From the NCBI RefSeq assembly GCF_018977255.1, contig NW_024704742.1:85686001-85750000 (forward strand): a DNA stretch of 64,000 nt. The letters run 5' to 3'. The position numbers and the translations under genes were made by a program. This DNA is from Callorhinchus milii (lineage: Eukaryota). Shown piece by piece: positions 1 through 12,951 of this stretch (positions are counted from its first letter, which is position 1; each line of letters begins with the position of its first letter). The notes under the pieces are model-generated. The model searched no databases and had not been told where the DNA came from. It was given only the letters and a program-made list of their open reading frames with translations.

Positions 1-254
1 ATTCTGCTGTGTGTGGAGATCTGAGAAGGTGATGCTAATGAACACTTGGGTTTACAATACACAACACAACCTTGGCAGATCACTTGTTAAAAGCACTTGA
101 ATAGTTTCTTTGGGTGGAAGTCTTAGTGGCGAGAGATTAAAGTGAAGCACACGGAGCATTTTAGCAAACAGATAGTGTGCAGCAAGCAAGCTTTACTTGT
201 AAAGAAGACATTGTTATAGCCAGTCTGATTAATGTTTGGAAGATAATGTATCTG

Positions 255-922
255 GCTCCCCGCACCTTCGTAACATCGCCCGACTCCGCCAGTACCTCAC
301 CCCTCAGGCAGCTGAAACTCTTGTTCATGCCTTCATCACCTCCAGGCTCAACTATGCAAATGCCCTGCTTGTCGGCCTTCCCAACTTCTCCCTCCACAGG
401 CTGCAGATAATCCAGAACTCTGCAGCCCATGTCCTCTCCCGCACCAAACTCTGTGACCCCATCTCCCCCACTCTCGCCCGACTCCATTGGCTCCCTATCC
501 TTCAGAGGATCTAGTTCAAGATCCCGGTCCTCACCTACAAAGCCCTCCATGGCCTCGCCCCACCCTACCTCTGTGACCTCGTAACACCCAACCAACCCGC
601 CCGCTCCCTCCGCTCAGCCGGCTCCGGGCTGTTCTACGTCCCCCAACCCACCCACCTCACCATTGGCGGGAGAGCCTTCAGCCAATCTGCACCCAACCTC
701 TGGAATCTCATCCCCCAGTCACTCTGCCTCGCCCCCCCTCCTTAGCCTCCTTCAAGTCCCGCCTCAAGACCCTCCTCTTTGACCATGCTATCGGGCACCC
801 CCCTTCCCCTCCCCTCCCTTACCCCCCCAATCCCAACTCGGGTCTGAAATGCTATACTCTGTCCAGCGCCTTGGGACATCCTCCCAACGTGAAAGGCGCT
901 ATACAAATGTAATCTTGTTTTT
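255..922 (+). mobile_element. L2 LINE 3' fragment (type A tail), 5'-truncated
   Basis: C-terminal ORF2 motifs LVHAFITSRLNYAN, LQIIQNSAA and LHWLPI; 3' stem-loop CAGCGCCTTGGGACATCCTCCCAACGTGAAAGGCGCTATACAAATG followed by a T-rich tail. Confidence 0.9.
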
Positions 923-1340
923 TCTGATTCACCAGTTGCCTCCTCACAATGTGCTGTTGAGCAAGCTCTCCCCTCCCTGACTTCATTAACCAGCAGCGTG
1001 AGGATGTCAATTACATTGTGTGCATTTGTGGGGTCGTGACCAATTTCTCTTAATGCTATTTTCTGCCTGTTCCCCCCCCCCCACCCCCTCTCTCTCTCTC
1101 TCTCTCCATCTGTTGAACGCCTCTTTAAAAAGCGATGGTGCAATCCAGGTTTTTAAAAGATATATTAAAAAAGTATTTCACGGGATCAATGTGATTGGTG
1201 TGAAGTTTGAAAAGTAGCAGTGTTGAAATGAGCCCATTTTGTTGCATAACATGTGGGTTTGGTTGCAACAAGGCGTTTCATGAGTGCAATGCTGGGTGTG
1301 TGTATACATATGCATCTGTGTGTGTAATATGTACGTATAC

Positions 1341-1563
1341 CTCCATCCCACAGTCCCTTTGCCTCACCCCGTCCCTTACCTCCTTCAAGGCATGGATCAA
1401 GATCTTCCTTTTCAATCACGTGTTTGGTCACCATCCTATCCCCACCCTCCCTGTACTCCATCCCCCCTGATCCCAAGCCCCTGCTCAGGTCCAAATCCCT
1501 CACTGTCCAGCGCCTGAGGTCTTCCTGACATGAAAGGAGCTATATAAATGTAGTCTGTTGTTG
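1341..1563 (+). mobile_element. L2 LINE short 3' fragment
   Basis: Homologous to the 3' end of 255-922; ends tgtagtctgttgttg. Confidence 0.8.
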
Positions 1564-1727
1564 TGTGTGTGTGTGTATGTATATATATACTGTATCTATA
1601 TACTGTATGTGTCTTGTGTTCTCCACTTATCTCCCACTTGGCTGACAGCCAGTGGCTCCTCTGGTTACTGCTGTATCAGATCTGGGTGTTCCGAGTCCAG
1701 TACAGAAATCTGATCTCTGAATGTGCT

Positions 1728-2256
1728 ACAGCTGCAGATCATCCTGAACTCTGCAGCCCATATCCTCTCCCGCACCAGGTACCATGATCCTATCTCCCCC
1801 ATCCTCGCCCGGCTCCACTGGCTCCCCATCGCTCAGAGGATACAATTCAAGATCCTGATCCCTGCCTTTAAAGCCCTCCATGGCCTCGTTCCTCCCTACC
1901 TCTGTTACCTCCTAATCCCCTACCAACCTGTCTGCTCCCTCTGCTCAGTGGGCTCCTGCCTACTTCACGTCCCCCGCCTCACCTGCCCCAATATTGGCTG
2001 ACGGACTTTCAGCCTCTCTGCCCCCATTCTCTGGAATTCCATCCCACAGTCCCTCCGCCTCCACCCTCTCTTGCCTCCTTCAAGACCCGTCTGAAGACCC
2101 TCCTTTTCGACTGTGTCTTGCTCACCCTCCTACCCTCCCTGTCCTCCACCCTTCCCGATCCCGACCTCCAGCTCGGGTCCAAATCCCTGACTCTCCAGCA
2201 CCTTGGGATATCCTCCCCACGTGAAAGGCGCTTTACAAATGTAATTTTGTATTGTA
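1728..2256 (+). mobile_element. L2 LINE 3' fragment (type A)
   Basis: LQIILNSAAHILSRT...LHWLPIAQRIQFKIL and the same 3' stem-loop and tail. Confidence 0.9.
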
Positions 2257-3369
2257 CGCTCTCAGGCTGAGAAACTCTTGACCGTGTCTTTCACAGTGGC
2301 TTCCTGCAGCTGCTCGCTGCCTGTCACACTCGTGGAGGGACATCAGCCTCACCCTTTCCTGCTGCTAATGCGTTAATAATCAAAGGACAAGGATGGGTAA
2401 ACATGGGTTTAGAGTACAAATGCAGTGGGAGAGAAGTAGCATTTGCAGTATCTTCTAATTGTACTTGTCTGTAAAGGAATTGTTAACCTGGACCATGTTG
2501 TTGGGTAGTTGATGGTTATGATTACTGACAGCCAGCGGAGGTGTTCATTGACCCTGGGAGAGACCACTAAGAAATGAATTAGGCTGTGTACATATATACA
2601 CACACACATTTTGCCCACAAACCACAGTCAATCCACTTTACAGTATATCCTGTGAAGCGCTTTGAGACAGCTCAATGGCGTGATAAGGCCCTATATCAAA
2701 TGCAGGAATTTTGATTATTATCATTTAATTTGACCCAGTATCGTTAGCTGTTTATATTTAGTCAGTGTGAGCACTGGGCACTGTTGACAGTGTGTTACTA
2801 CTCTTTAGCTTCAGCGGTGGGTGTGAAAAGCCCCGCATGGGAGCTCCCAGCACAGCAGGTGGTAGCACCCAAGAGCTCAGGCCTTTTCAACAATCTACCT
2901 TGCTGTTCCACTCACCACAAGTGCTGCGTCAGAAGCATCTTAACAGCTCGCTGTGGAATGTGGCACCCAGAGGCAATTTGAAGTGTTAATTACAGAAAAT
3001 TGTGATTGTGCGGAGAAATTATTGACGGTGTAGGTAGAAAAATATTCCGGGTGTTGTTCTCCCCGCAACTGAGATCATGCACATGTGCTATTTTTGACTC
3101 AACTAGATTCCGCATTGCCTCTCCCTGTTGTGGAGTGAAGGTAGTGGTTTGATAGCTATTAATCATTTTTTGACTTATTGTTCAGAATTTTGACCTCTAC
3201 TGCTTCACCATCTGCTTTCTCTCTTGTCCTGAATCATTGGTGCTTGGTATGGACAGCCCACTCCAGTGACTGCTTATTGCGCATGAGCCTGGACAGCCAG
3301 TGTCAGCGGGCTACTTAAATGAGGGAATGGCATCTATCATAGTTGAGCTAGATCCCATCCTCACCAAAC

Positions 3370-3510
3370 ATGCACACATCACATGTACACACCACACATA
3401 TACATCATAAACACACTGCATATACACATTGCACATACACCACACACACACACACACACACACAGATCACTTATATACACTGCACATATGCATCACACAC
3501 CGCACATACT
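3370..3510. repeat. Imperfect (CA)n / CATA microsatellite
   Basis: cacacacacacacacacacacaca core with degenerate flanks. Confidence 0.8.
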
Positions 3511-4014
3511 ATCAAATCCTGAAATTTCACTCCATTGTTAGTAGGGCCTGCTAATAGGTGAAAAAAATAAATTAAGTGCAGTTAATATTGCTTTTTTAAA
3601 AATCTGATTGGGGAGTGGAGTAATTAAAACTCTGCACAATTTTTATTAATGCAAGTTAGGAACAGCAGAGAATCTGTGAATCTCTGGACTATAATGAGGC
3701 TGGAATGCAGGCAATAGATGCTAACATGTCACAAAAGTCACTTCACAAGATCGGCCCAATTGATTTCTCCCTGTCAGAATACCAGCCCTACTTACGGTCT
3801 TCCCATTGCAGCCTAAGGATGTTTCTTAAATGAGTCCATTGTCTGAGGAAAAAAAGGTGCTTGGTTGACCTTTCATCATTGCTTTCCAACCAGACGGTGG
3901 GGCATTGTTAATTATGTTTAATTCCTTGTTGGTTTTAATAACAATAATCCTTGCATGCTCCTTATCACATCATTGAAATGTTTTAAAACGCTTCACAAGA
4001 TATTTGGCTGCTTG

Positions 4015-4310
4015 TGGCTGTTGGTTGTGAGACATCTCTATGGCTGTTTGTGGGACACTACTGTGTGCAACTGGCTGCTGCGTTTCGCCCACAAATAAAC
4101 AGTCAATTCACTTTACAGTATATTCTGTGAAGCGCTTTGAGACGTCCAATAATGCAAGGATTATTATTACCTATTATATACTGTGAAGTGGATTGACTGG
4201 TATATTTTGTGAGCAAAACGCGGCAGCCAGTTGCACACAGCAACGTCCCACAAATAGCCATAGAGTGAGTGACCTATTTTATTTAGGGGATTGTTGGCCA
4301 GGACCCTGAG
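4015..4310. mobile_element. Two SINE 3' halves arranged tail-to-tail (+ about 4015-4170, - about 4175-4310)
   Basis: ctgtttgtgggacac...caattcactttacagtatattctgtgaagcgc followed by its reverse complement. Confidence 0.75.
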
Positions 4311-4824
4311 AGAAACAATGCCGGGAAAAACACCACTTGAATGTGGTGAGTGAAGGGGAAGGGTGGAGCTGTAGGTTTTGGGGAGAGGTAGTGTAAGAAG
4401 GTTGGAGAGGTAGGGAGGTGCTGGGGCATTAAATGATTTGAAGGTGAGTGTGGGGATATTGAAATCGATTCATCACACAGTCATTACTCTCTACAGTAAA
4501 TTCTGTGAAGCGATTTGAGACCTTTCAATGACCGATAAAGGGTTATATCATTACCAAGGATTATTAGAATCAGTACAGCTCAGGTTGGACTAGAATTTGG
4601 TTGTTTCTTGCAGGTAGATGTATTTTCAATCGTTAAACTTGTAACCACCGATTCTCTGTGCATTCTTTAGTCCTGAGGTCAGCAAACAAAATACATTTCT
4701 TAATTGAATATTTCTTGATTTATCAAGAAAAAACTGGAAACAAAACAATGATGTTAAACAGAACTCCAGAACTCGCCTAGACTAGTGTGAATATTTGGGG
4801 GGGGGAATGGGGGGGCGCTTCTTG

Positions 4825-4880
4825 ATGGCCCTGTGAGCCACTTTCGGACAGTGAGCCATAGATTGGCCAGCACTGCTCTA
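4825..4880. mobile_element. Probable hAT (Charlie-like) DNA transposon end
   Basis: ...gagccatagattggccagCACTG|ctctag: the terminus reads CAGTG on the minus strand next to a CTAG-type target. Partner end not identified. Confidence 0.4.
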
Positions 4881-5279
4881 GTCTAATAGCCGTATCTGCT
4901 CTCACTTTCTGCCGAGTAATCTTTCTGCACTGTTCGGCACTCAGTGAAATGCTCTGGCTCATCCAGCACCAGGCATGCCTGCCTTGAGGAAGATTGGGTG
5001 ACGTCTGAATCCGTGTTTGTTTTGTTTTCTCTGTGTTGTTTGCTGCTAGGTCACTAAAATTCATCACAGAATCTGGTTCAAGTAGTGAATCACCATTGGC
5101 ACATGAGCCTGAGCTCGTGACCCAGCAACAGAACGGCTGTACTTTGGGGATTATTACACTATGTGTTTTGGGCTCTGGTCCACATGTGCTTTAATAGTGG
5201 AACTCCTTCCTTCAGTCAATTTCTGAAACCAGAAGGCTGCTTATCGACCATCAATCTTTGCCGCCTGCCAAGTAAATCT

Positions 5280-6055
5280 GTACAGTACAATTTACATGTA
5301 TATAACTTCTTTTATGTCAAGAGGACAACTCAAAGCACTTAACACTGCTGGCTGGGGCCCCGAGTTGGGGGTGGAGCTGAGAGACCGGCAGGGGAAAGAT
5401 GACCAAAAGCATTGTCTGAAGTACACTTTGAGTTTTGCCTTGAACATGTGGGGGGAGGGAGGTAGTGAGCTGGAGGGAATCTGGGATGGAGTTGCACAGA
5501 GGGCGGCAGAGTGGTTTTAAGCCTGCCCACTGATGGTGGGACAGATAGATCGGAGGACATGAATCAGGCTGGTGCTTGCGGAGTGAAGGGAGCAGTGAAG
5601 GTTGATGGTCACAGAGATAAGGTGGGGCAAGATCATGGAGATTTAAAGGTGAGAATGAGGATCTTGAATCGATCCGCTGGGATAGGGGAGCCAATGGAGT
5701 TAACAATAATAATAATAATAATCCTTGCATTTGATATAGCGCTTTTCACGTCGGGAGGACGTCCCAAAGCGCTTCACAGAACACACTGTAAAGTGAATTG
5801 ACTGTATATTTGTGGGCGAACGCGGCAGCCAATTGCGCACAGCAATGTCCCACAAACAGTCGTAGATTGAAAATGACCAATTTATTATTGTTTTTTGTTT
5901 TGGAGGGATTATTATTAGGCGTGTGGAGTAAGGAAACTTGCCCAAGGTTTCGCCCTCTGCTTGGAATTGAACTCAGGTCTCTCGCTTGCAAAGCGAGTGC
6001 TCTAACCACTGAGCTACAGGACTCCACAAAGTTGAGTGAGGATGGGGGTGATAGA
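5280..6055 (-). mobile_element. L2 LINE 3' fragment, interrupted by a young SINE at 5703-6027
   Basis: Reverse complement of the L2 3' region; ...ggagccaatggagtt | SINE | gttgagtgaggatgggggtgatag continues the L2 sequence. Confidence 0.75.
5703..6027 (-). mobile_element. Young full-length tRNA(Ala)-derived SINE (short subfamily)
   Basis: Head GGAGTCCTGTAGCTCAGTGGTTAGAGCACTCGCTTTGCAAGCGAG...GAGTTCAATTCC carries A and B boxes and a TGC anticodon arm; L2-like 3' stem-loop; (ATT)n tail; nearly identical to 19142-19460 and 53283-53608. Confidence 0.9.
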
Positions 6056-6884
6056 CTCGCAGTGCTGAAAATGAAGTGTAGGAACAGAACACACCAACAT
6101 GAGGCCTTCGGCTCTCTTGTCTCCCCTTTTTTTTTATTGAACTGCAAGTCTCAGCTGTGCTGTCATAGCAAGGATTTGCAAAGCTGAGGCTATTTCTCAG
6201 GAGAAATTAGTGAGAACTGAGAATTTCTGGGCTGCACTAATACATCACTACATTCTGCATTAAATACAAGCTGATTTATTCCTGGATCAATGCCCCTATT
6301 TTGAATGAGTAATTAATTTAGCTCCCATCTGGCTTGTGGTACAAATGGACGTTAATGAATACGACCTATTATGTTACTATTGGACAGAAACGTTGAGTCT
6401 TACCGTATACTCTGGTTTATATTATTCTCCCTCCTCATCCAATTACATTCTGAAAATTCACACATATTGCCTCTCATCTATTTGTGTGTCACAAGGAACA
6501 TATTAGTTGCCCCCCCTTTTCCTCCTTAAACACCATTCCCTTCCCTTCTAATTAATCTCATTCTCTTAAAGTGTTTCTAGGCATTTATTTTATGGGAAAA
6601 GAACTATAGACCATATGAGTGGATTGTATTATTATTATTGAATAGCCGTTTACCCACAAAGCAGATAGTCAAACTACATTACAAGATATCCTGTGAAGTG
6701 TTTTGGGATGTCCTCCTGATGTGAAAGCTATAAATGTAAGGATTATGATTATTATTATTATAAATAATAATTTAGAACATCATTGACATAAACTTGTCTT
6801 TGGGATTGTATATAACTCATGTAAGGAGTTTCAGTGATGTGCTGTTCTCCTAATAAGCTATTTATTTCCTATGAATCTTTAATA

Positions 6885-7318
6885 AATAATATTTCTTGCA
6901 TTTGGTATAATGCCTTACATTGTCGAGACATCTCAAAGTACTTCACAGGATATACTGTAAAAAGGTATGATTGTATATTTTGAAGGAGAACATGGCAATA
7001 ATTTGCGCATAGCAAATTGTCCCTGTACCAGCCATGCAGTGAATTACCAATTTTATGAGATTTTTTGCTAGGACACTGGGAGAGAGAAACTTGCTTCTCT
7101 TTCCGAAGGATGCCATGGGGTCTTTAATGTCCACCTAGACAGAGAGGTGGGATCTCAGTTTAACGTATCATCCAAAGGAAAGCAACTCCGCCAATGTAAT
7201 GCACCCCCAGCATTGCATTGGAGTGTCATTAGATTATAATGGGTTCCAAGTCCCGACGTGAGCCTTGAAAATCAAAATCTCCTGACTCAGAGATAAGAGT
7301 GCTACCACTGAGCAGGCT
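6885..7318 (-). mobile_element. DeuSINE-type (SacSINE1/AmnSINE-like) SINE, near full length
   Basis: Reverse complement of the Deu central domain (GGATGA.ACGTTAAAC.GAG...GGTGGAC.TTAAAGA.CCCATGGCA...GTCCTGGCCAA), with tRNA-like head and L2-like tail. Confidence 0.75.
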
Positions 7319-7626
7319 TTCTCCAGAGTAATGCCGGAGTCTTACCCACAGATATAAAAATAGATTTTCTAACAGAATGGAATGACTCATGTAAAATTCT
7401 CAGGCTGTAACGTTTCTGGCTAAACTGCATTATCTATTGTAAATACTTGAAACAAAAAATTAGTTGATTGGGAGGGACTTGATTGATTGATTAATTAATG
7501 CTCCTGTTGCTGTGCACCAGTTTCTCATGACTGATCGGTCCCAGGATCTTAAATGAATTTTCTTGTTTGCAAGCCTGAATGTCTGTCTGCTGGCTGTTAC
7601 AATTGCTCTGCTTTAAATCCGTGTCA

Positions 7627-9411
7627 TTCCATTACCGCCCTCGCCTCCGCTAAATCATCCTTCTATTTCAAGGTAATCTTGGAGGCCAAGGTCAAGCCCA
7701 GGCTTCTCTTCTTCACCACCAACTGGCTCCTCCATCCACCCTCTCACACCTCGCCCTTCCTCTCCTCCAACTCCAACTGCGAGGAGATGCTGGATTTCCT
7801 CGATACCAAAATCAAGCGAATCTGTTCAGCCGTCTCCACCCTCCCAACCGCCACCCCCTCTCCATCTCTCTCTCACGTTCCGGGCCCTACCCATCCATCC
7901 CTCCACACCTTCGAACCTGTCTCCTACTCCTTTCTCACTGTAACCCGCATGAAGGTCACATCCTGCTCCCTCGATCCCATCCCTACCCCTCTCCTTACCT
8001 CCCTGCTCCACTTCCTCTCCCCTTACTGTCAGATCTCACCAACCTCTCCCTGTCAACTGTCACCGTTCCCACCCCCCTAAAAATAGCTGTCCTAAACAAA
8101 CCTTCCCTTGACCAATCTCTGCTCATTAACTACTGTCCCATCTCCAACTTCCATTTCCTTTCCAAGATCCTTGTTGCTTCCCAGCTTCACTCTCTTGCCC
8201 ACAGCATGGAAACAACCCTGGTCATGGTGACAAATGATATTTTGTCCATCTGTGACCAGGGCTCCCTCTATCTCCTCGTCCTCCTCGACCTCTCTGCTGC
8301 CTTTGACACTGTGCACCATTCTATCCTCCACCACTGTCTCTCCTCTCACCTTAACCTTCAAGATTCTGTCCTTGAATGGTTCAGATCCTATCTCTCACAC
8401 CGGCTCCACCTCCACAAATTACTTCTCCTCCAACCCCCACACCGTCTTGTGGGGTATTCCTCAGGTCTCTGTCCTCGGTTCTCTCCTCTTCAACCTGTAT
8501 ATTCTCCCTCTTGGTGACAACATCCTCAGACATGGGGGTCAACGTCCACATGTATGCTGATGACACCCAACTTTATCTCTCTGCCTCCACCCTTGATCCC
8601 AGGTCCTCTGATTTCCTGACAGACTGCCAGTCAGACATCAAGTCCTGGATGAGAACCAACTTTCTACAATTGAGCGTCAGCAAGACCGAGGCTCTCTTGA
8701 TTGGCTTGTGCCAGAGCCTCCGCACCTCAGGCACTGGCAGTATTAGTTCACCTCACCAACCCAGTCAGGAATCTGGACATCTTGTTCAACCCTCCACTGT
8801 CCTTTCTCCCCCACATCTGTGCCAGCGTCCTGCTTGTCAGCCTTCCCAACTCTTCCCTCCACAAGCTGCAGATCATCCAGAACTCTGCAGCTCGTGTCCT
8901 CCCCCGCGCCAGGTTCCGTGACCACAACACCCCCACCCTCGCCCGGCTCCACTGTCTCGCCATCCCTCAGAGGATAGAATTCAAAACCCTCGTCCTCACT
9001 TTCAAGGCTCTCTATGGTCTTGTCCCCTCCTACCTCTCCAACCTGCTGACCCCCTATCAACCTGTCCCTCCACTCAGAAGGCTTCCGGTCTGCTCCATGT
9101 CCCCCGCCCCGCCCGGCCCGCCCCGCCCCACCATCAGCTGTCGGGCCTTCAGCTTCCCTTGCCCTCACCCTCCGGAACTCCATCCCACATTCCCTTCGTC
9201 TCGCTCCCTCCCTTGCCTCCTTCAAAGTACGTCACAAGACATTCATCTTCGACTGTGCCTTCTGCCACCCTCCTATCCTCTCTGCTCTCCACTCTATCTG
9301 ATCCCAACCCCAACACTTCCGCTCAGGTCCTAATCCTCGAGTGTTCAGCACCTTGGGACGTCCTTTCTACCTGAAAGGCGCTTTACAGATGTAATTTTGT
9401 ATTGTATTGTA
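7627..9411 (+). mobile_element. L2 LINE, longest fragment, with a degenerate reverse transcriptase
   Basis: Frameshifted RT motifs [60 protein letters not shown] and KTEALLIG; L2 3' tail at about 9345-9411. Confidence 0.92.
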
Positions 9412-10214
9412 CTATACTGGGAGGAGGTGGGGGTGGTTGCAAATTGCACACAATTCATCATTTTTTATTGATTGACTAAAACCTTTCATTGATTGTTGGA
9501 GCTGGTAAGAGAGCAGCGACGTGAGCTGCCAATGTCACCCGACCCAATCAATTGTAGGTACAACTTGACCTCCAGTGTAACCCGCTGATAGTATGCCTCG
9601 TGTTTAAAGACATGGCTCGGTGTGGCACTCAGTAATTGCAGCTTTGTCTGACCAGCAGTTAGAGCAGCAGGCGTGATGCTACCATTGACATTGGCACCAT
9701 TTCCCCTCCCACCCCATGTGAAGTGAGAACGGACAGGATTGGACTCAGCTGTGTTGGTGCTGTAGTTGAATGACCTGGCGACCCTCACTACTGGTCTTGT
9801 CACAGGTTAGATACTGGAGGCCATCTGTGATGCTGCATCTTTAGGAAAGGAGGGGGGTAAAATTGGCAGCCCTGACACACACCACACACACACACTCACA
9901 GCGTAATAGAAATGAGGGAATACGAGGGCTCTTGTGGGCTATTTTTCAGTCTCCTAACATTAATATAATTAAAGCTAGTTGCGTGAGATCTTTTATTGAT
10001 TGAGTTAAGAGTAAAACCTCAAGGTTAATTTCAGTAATTGTTTTAACTTGTTGCAGTACAGGAATGTACAGTATATGATGCTCAAGATGGCTGCATCTCA
10101 CTTTCAACAATGAAATGGTTAAAAACAATACTTCCTTCCTATTGAATTCACAGCTGGGTTATTAACTGATGCAGTCTGGTAGTGCTTTGAGACCTTGTCC
10201 GGTTCTAGTCATTG

Positions 10215-10452
10215 TATACATCCTTTCACATACACTCACATATACATACACACAGTCACATACACATACACACACTTACATACACATACATACACTTGCA
10301 TATACACACACACATGCACACACTCACATTGACATACACACATTCACATACACTCACATATACATACACACATAAATACTCATACACTCTGACACATACT
10401 CACATACACATTCACACACACTCTTTGTCTCTCTTACACACACACACACACA
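10215..10452. repeat. Compound (CA)/(CATA) microsatellite
   Basis: Visible directly; source of the His/Thr-rich spurious ORFs. Confidence 0.9.
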
Positions 10453-11199
10453 GCAGTGAGGGCTGCCTTCTCTTGAAGTTGCGACACACCCAGTGGAACC
10501 ATTAAGCAAGAGTCGCTGACCGTTGTCACAAGCACACACACTCGTGGGACCAGGACTGCTGAGCTAGTCCTTGTTTGTGTAACCTGCTGCTGGCGCTTTG
10601 ATTCATCTCTGTAACCAACCTTTTACAAGTAATTTGTTGCTGATTGGGACTCATGGAGAGGTTACATTAATATTACACAGCACACACTAAGCGCTGAGCT
10701 TGTTCTCCGCTGTATGTGGTGCAGTGCAGATAGAGCCTTGGATAATGTATTCAGATTCTGTTCTCTGGCAGCTTCTTCAGTCTACGTGAAGCAAACTACT
10801 CTTGAGGGAGGCTCGTTTCCAGTCCATATGGCAAGGTACTTTACATAGCGGTGTCCATTTCACCTTGTAGTAAATTGCGCAAAATACATTTTGAAAAATA
10901 ATAAACTCCCTGCCAGGTGCAAGAGGAGAACTGTAAAGCCGTGCTACTGGCGCATTTTTACCATTTACTCTAGAGCTTTATAGACTTCACATGCATAATT
11001 GACAACAGTATTTGGATTTTTTTTGCTGGATCACACGTTTCTGTTTGTGCATAGCCCTTACTTGTGTATGTGTGTCTGCAATGTGCTCAGACTCAGGTGT
11101 GTCATGTTTGCAGTACTGACTCAGGTATGCCATTTTGAGAAATGTGTTGCTGTCAGCCATGAGTTGCTATCCACATAAGCAAAGAGGGATGATAAAGAC

Positions 11200-11435
11200 A
11201 ATAATAATAATCCTTGTATTTGATAAAGCGCCTTATCATGTTGTTGAGATGTCTCAAAGTGCTACAGTATATACTGCACATTAGGACATCCTCCCGATGT
11301 GAAAGGTGCTTTACAAATATAATTTTGTATTGTATTGCATTATACTGTAAAGTGAATTGACTGTATATTTTGTGGGCGAAATGCAGAGACCAATTGCGCA
11401 CAGTAGTGTCTCACAAGCAGTTGTGGATTGAGTGA
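11200..11435 (-). mobile_element. SINE 3' half with a short L2 tail (+, about 11280-11340) inserted
   Basis: aataatccttgtatttgataaagcgcc... interrupted by ggacatcctcccgatgtgaaaggtgctttacaaat. Confidence 0.7.
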
Positions 11436-11442
11436 TCAAATA

Positions 11443-11738
11443 TGGAGTCCTGTAGTTCAGTGGTTAGAGCGCTCGCCTCACAAGCAAGAGGATCTAGGTT
11501 CGGTTCATCGGCAGGGCAAAACGTTGGGCAAGTTTTCCGGGGGTAATAATCCCTTAAAAAAAATGCTGTCATTCAATCCACAACTGTTTGTGGGACACTG
11601 CTGTGTGCAATTGGCTGCCATGTTTCGCCCACAAAATATATAGTCAATTCACTTTGCAGTGCATTCTGTGAAGCGCTTTGAGACATCTCAAAAGACCTGA
11701 TAAGGTGCTATATCAAATGCAAGGATTATTATTATTAT
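11443..11738 (+). mobile_element. tRNA-derived SINE, internally deleted
   Basis: GGAGTCCTGTAGTTCAGTGGTTAGAGC head through the caaggattattattatt tail. Confidence 0.85.
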
Positions 11739-11821
11739 GGAGTGAATGAACATTTTTATTTCCCTGTAGGGTTGTAGGCCAAGAACAGGGACAAACTCTC
11801 TTCTCTTATTAAACAAAAGGC

Positions 11822-11930
11822 AAAGACGAAAGGTTATAGACCTGACCTGAAAAAAGGTTCTGACAAAAGGTCATCGACATGAAACATTAACTCATTTTCC
11901 TCTCTCCGTGGATGCTGCTTGACCAGCTTC
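11822..11930 (+). mobile_element. Penelope-like non-autonomous fragment with degenerate hammerhead motif(s)
   Basis: GGTTCTGACAAAAGGTCATCGACATGAAACATTAACTC...tctccgtggatgctgcttgacc, homologous to 19461-19590. Confidence 0.6.
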
Positions 11931-11934
11931 ATGT

Positions 11935-12300
11935 TAATACTAATACTAATCCTTGCATTTGATATAGCGCCTTATCACGTCTTCGAGACGTCTCAAAGCA
12001 CTTCACAGAATACACTGTAAAGTGAATTGACTGTATATTTTGTGGGCGAAATGCGGCAACCAATTGCGCACAGCAGTGTCCCACAAACAGTCGTGGATTG
12101 AAGTGACCAATTTTTTTTGAAGGAATTACCCCTGCCTTTGAATCCGACAGTCGACTGAAAAACGGATTCCTACGTACTGCTACAGAAACAGGGAAGTGTG
12201 GAGTAAGGAAACTTGCCCAACCTTTCGCCCTGCCAGGAATCAAACCCAGGTCTCTCGCTTGCGAGGAGAGTGCTCTAAACCACTGAGCTACAGGACTCCA
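11935..12300 (-). mobile_element. tRNA-derived SINE, long subfamily, full length
   Basis: Head, extra CTGTTT.T.TAGCAGTA.GTAGGAA segment, 3' stem-loop and tail. Confidence 0.9.
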
Positions 12301-12951
12301 TGTAACAGTGTGAAAGTGTTCTCAAGTGTTTATAACAGAAGTTCTCTTATTGTTATAGTACGTACAATGTTATAATTCTATCTAGTCCAAAAGAGTATAT
12401 TAAGCAAACTTGACTAACAGTTTCACTGGATCAATCTTCCTGTGTTGTCTAATCACATTTTTAAAGTATGTTTCCCGCGACTTCGGTGTTTATCCCTTCT
12501 TTTATTAAATGGGGTTGCGAAATCTTTAAAGTCCATCTGAACAGGCAGATTAGATCTTAGTTTAACATTCAAATGTTGACATCTTAAACAATGAGAGTGA
12601 ACTTGCACACGAGTGTCAGTCTACACTATGTGTGTTCAATATCCCAATGTAATCCACAACTTGACTCAAAGGCTGTGTGCAAATTGGCTGTTGTCTTTGC
12701 CAATAAATGCACACTTTATGGGAAACCGGAAATGCTTTGAGATGCTTCCATGCGTAAGGGTTATTATTACATCAAATTGATACGATACCAATTGCAATTA
12801 TTATATCAAATTGCGATTATATTAAATTGTACTTATTATATCAAATTATTATTATATCAAATACAAGGATTATTTAGACATAGCAAAGATCTACAACCCT
12901 TGTAATATGATACCAACCTGAAAAGTAGCTGCCTATGCGTGTGGATATGTC

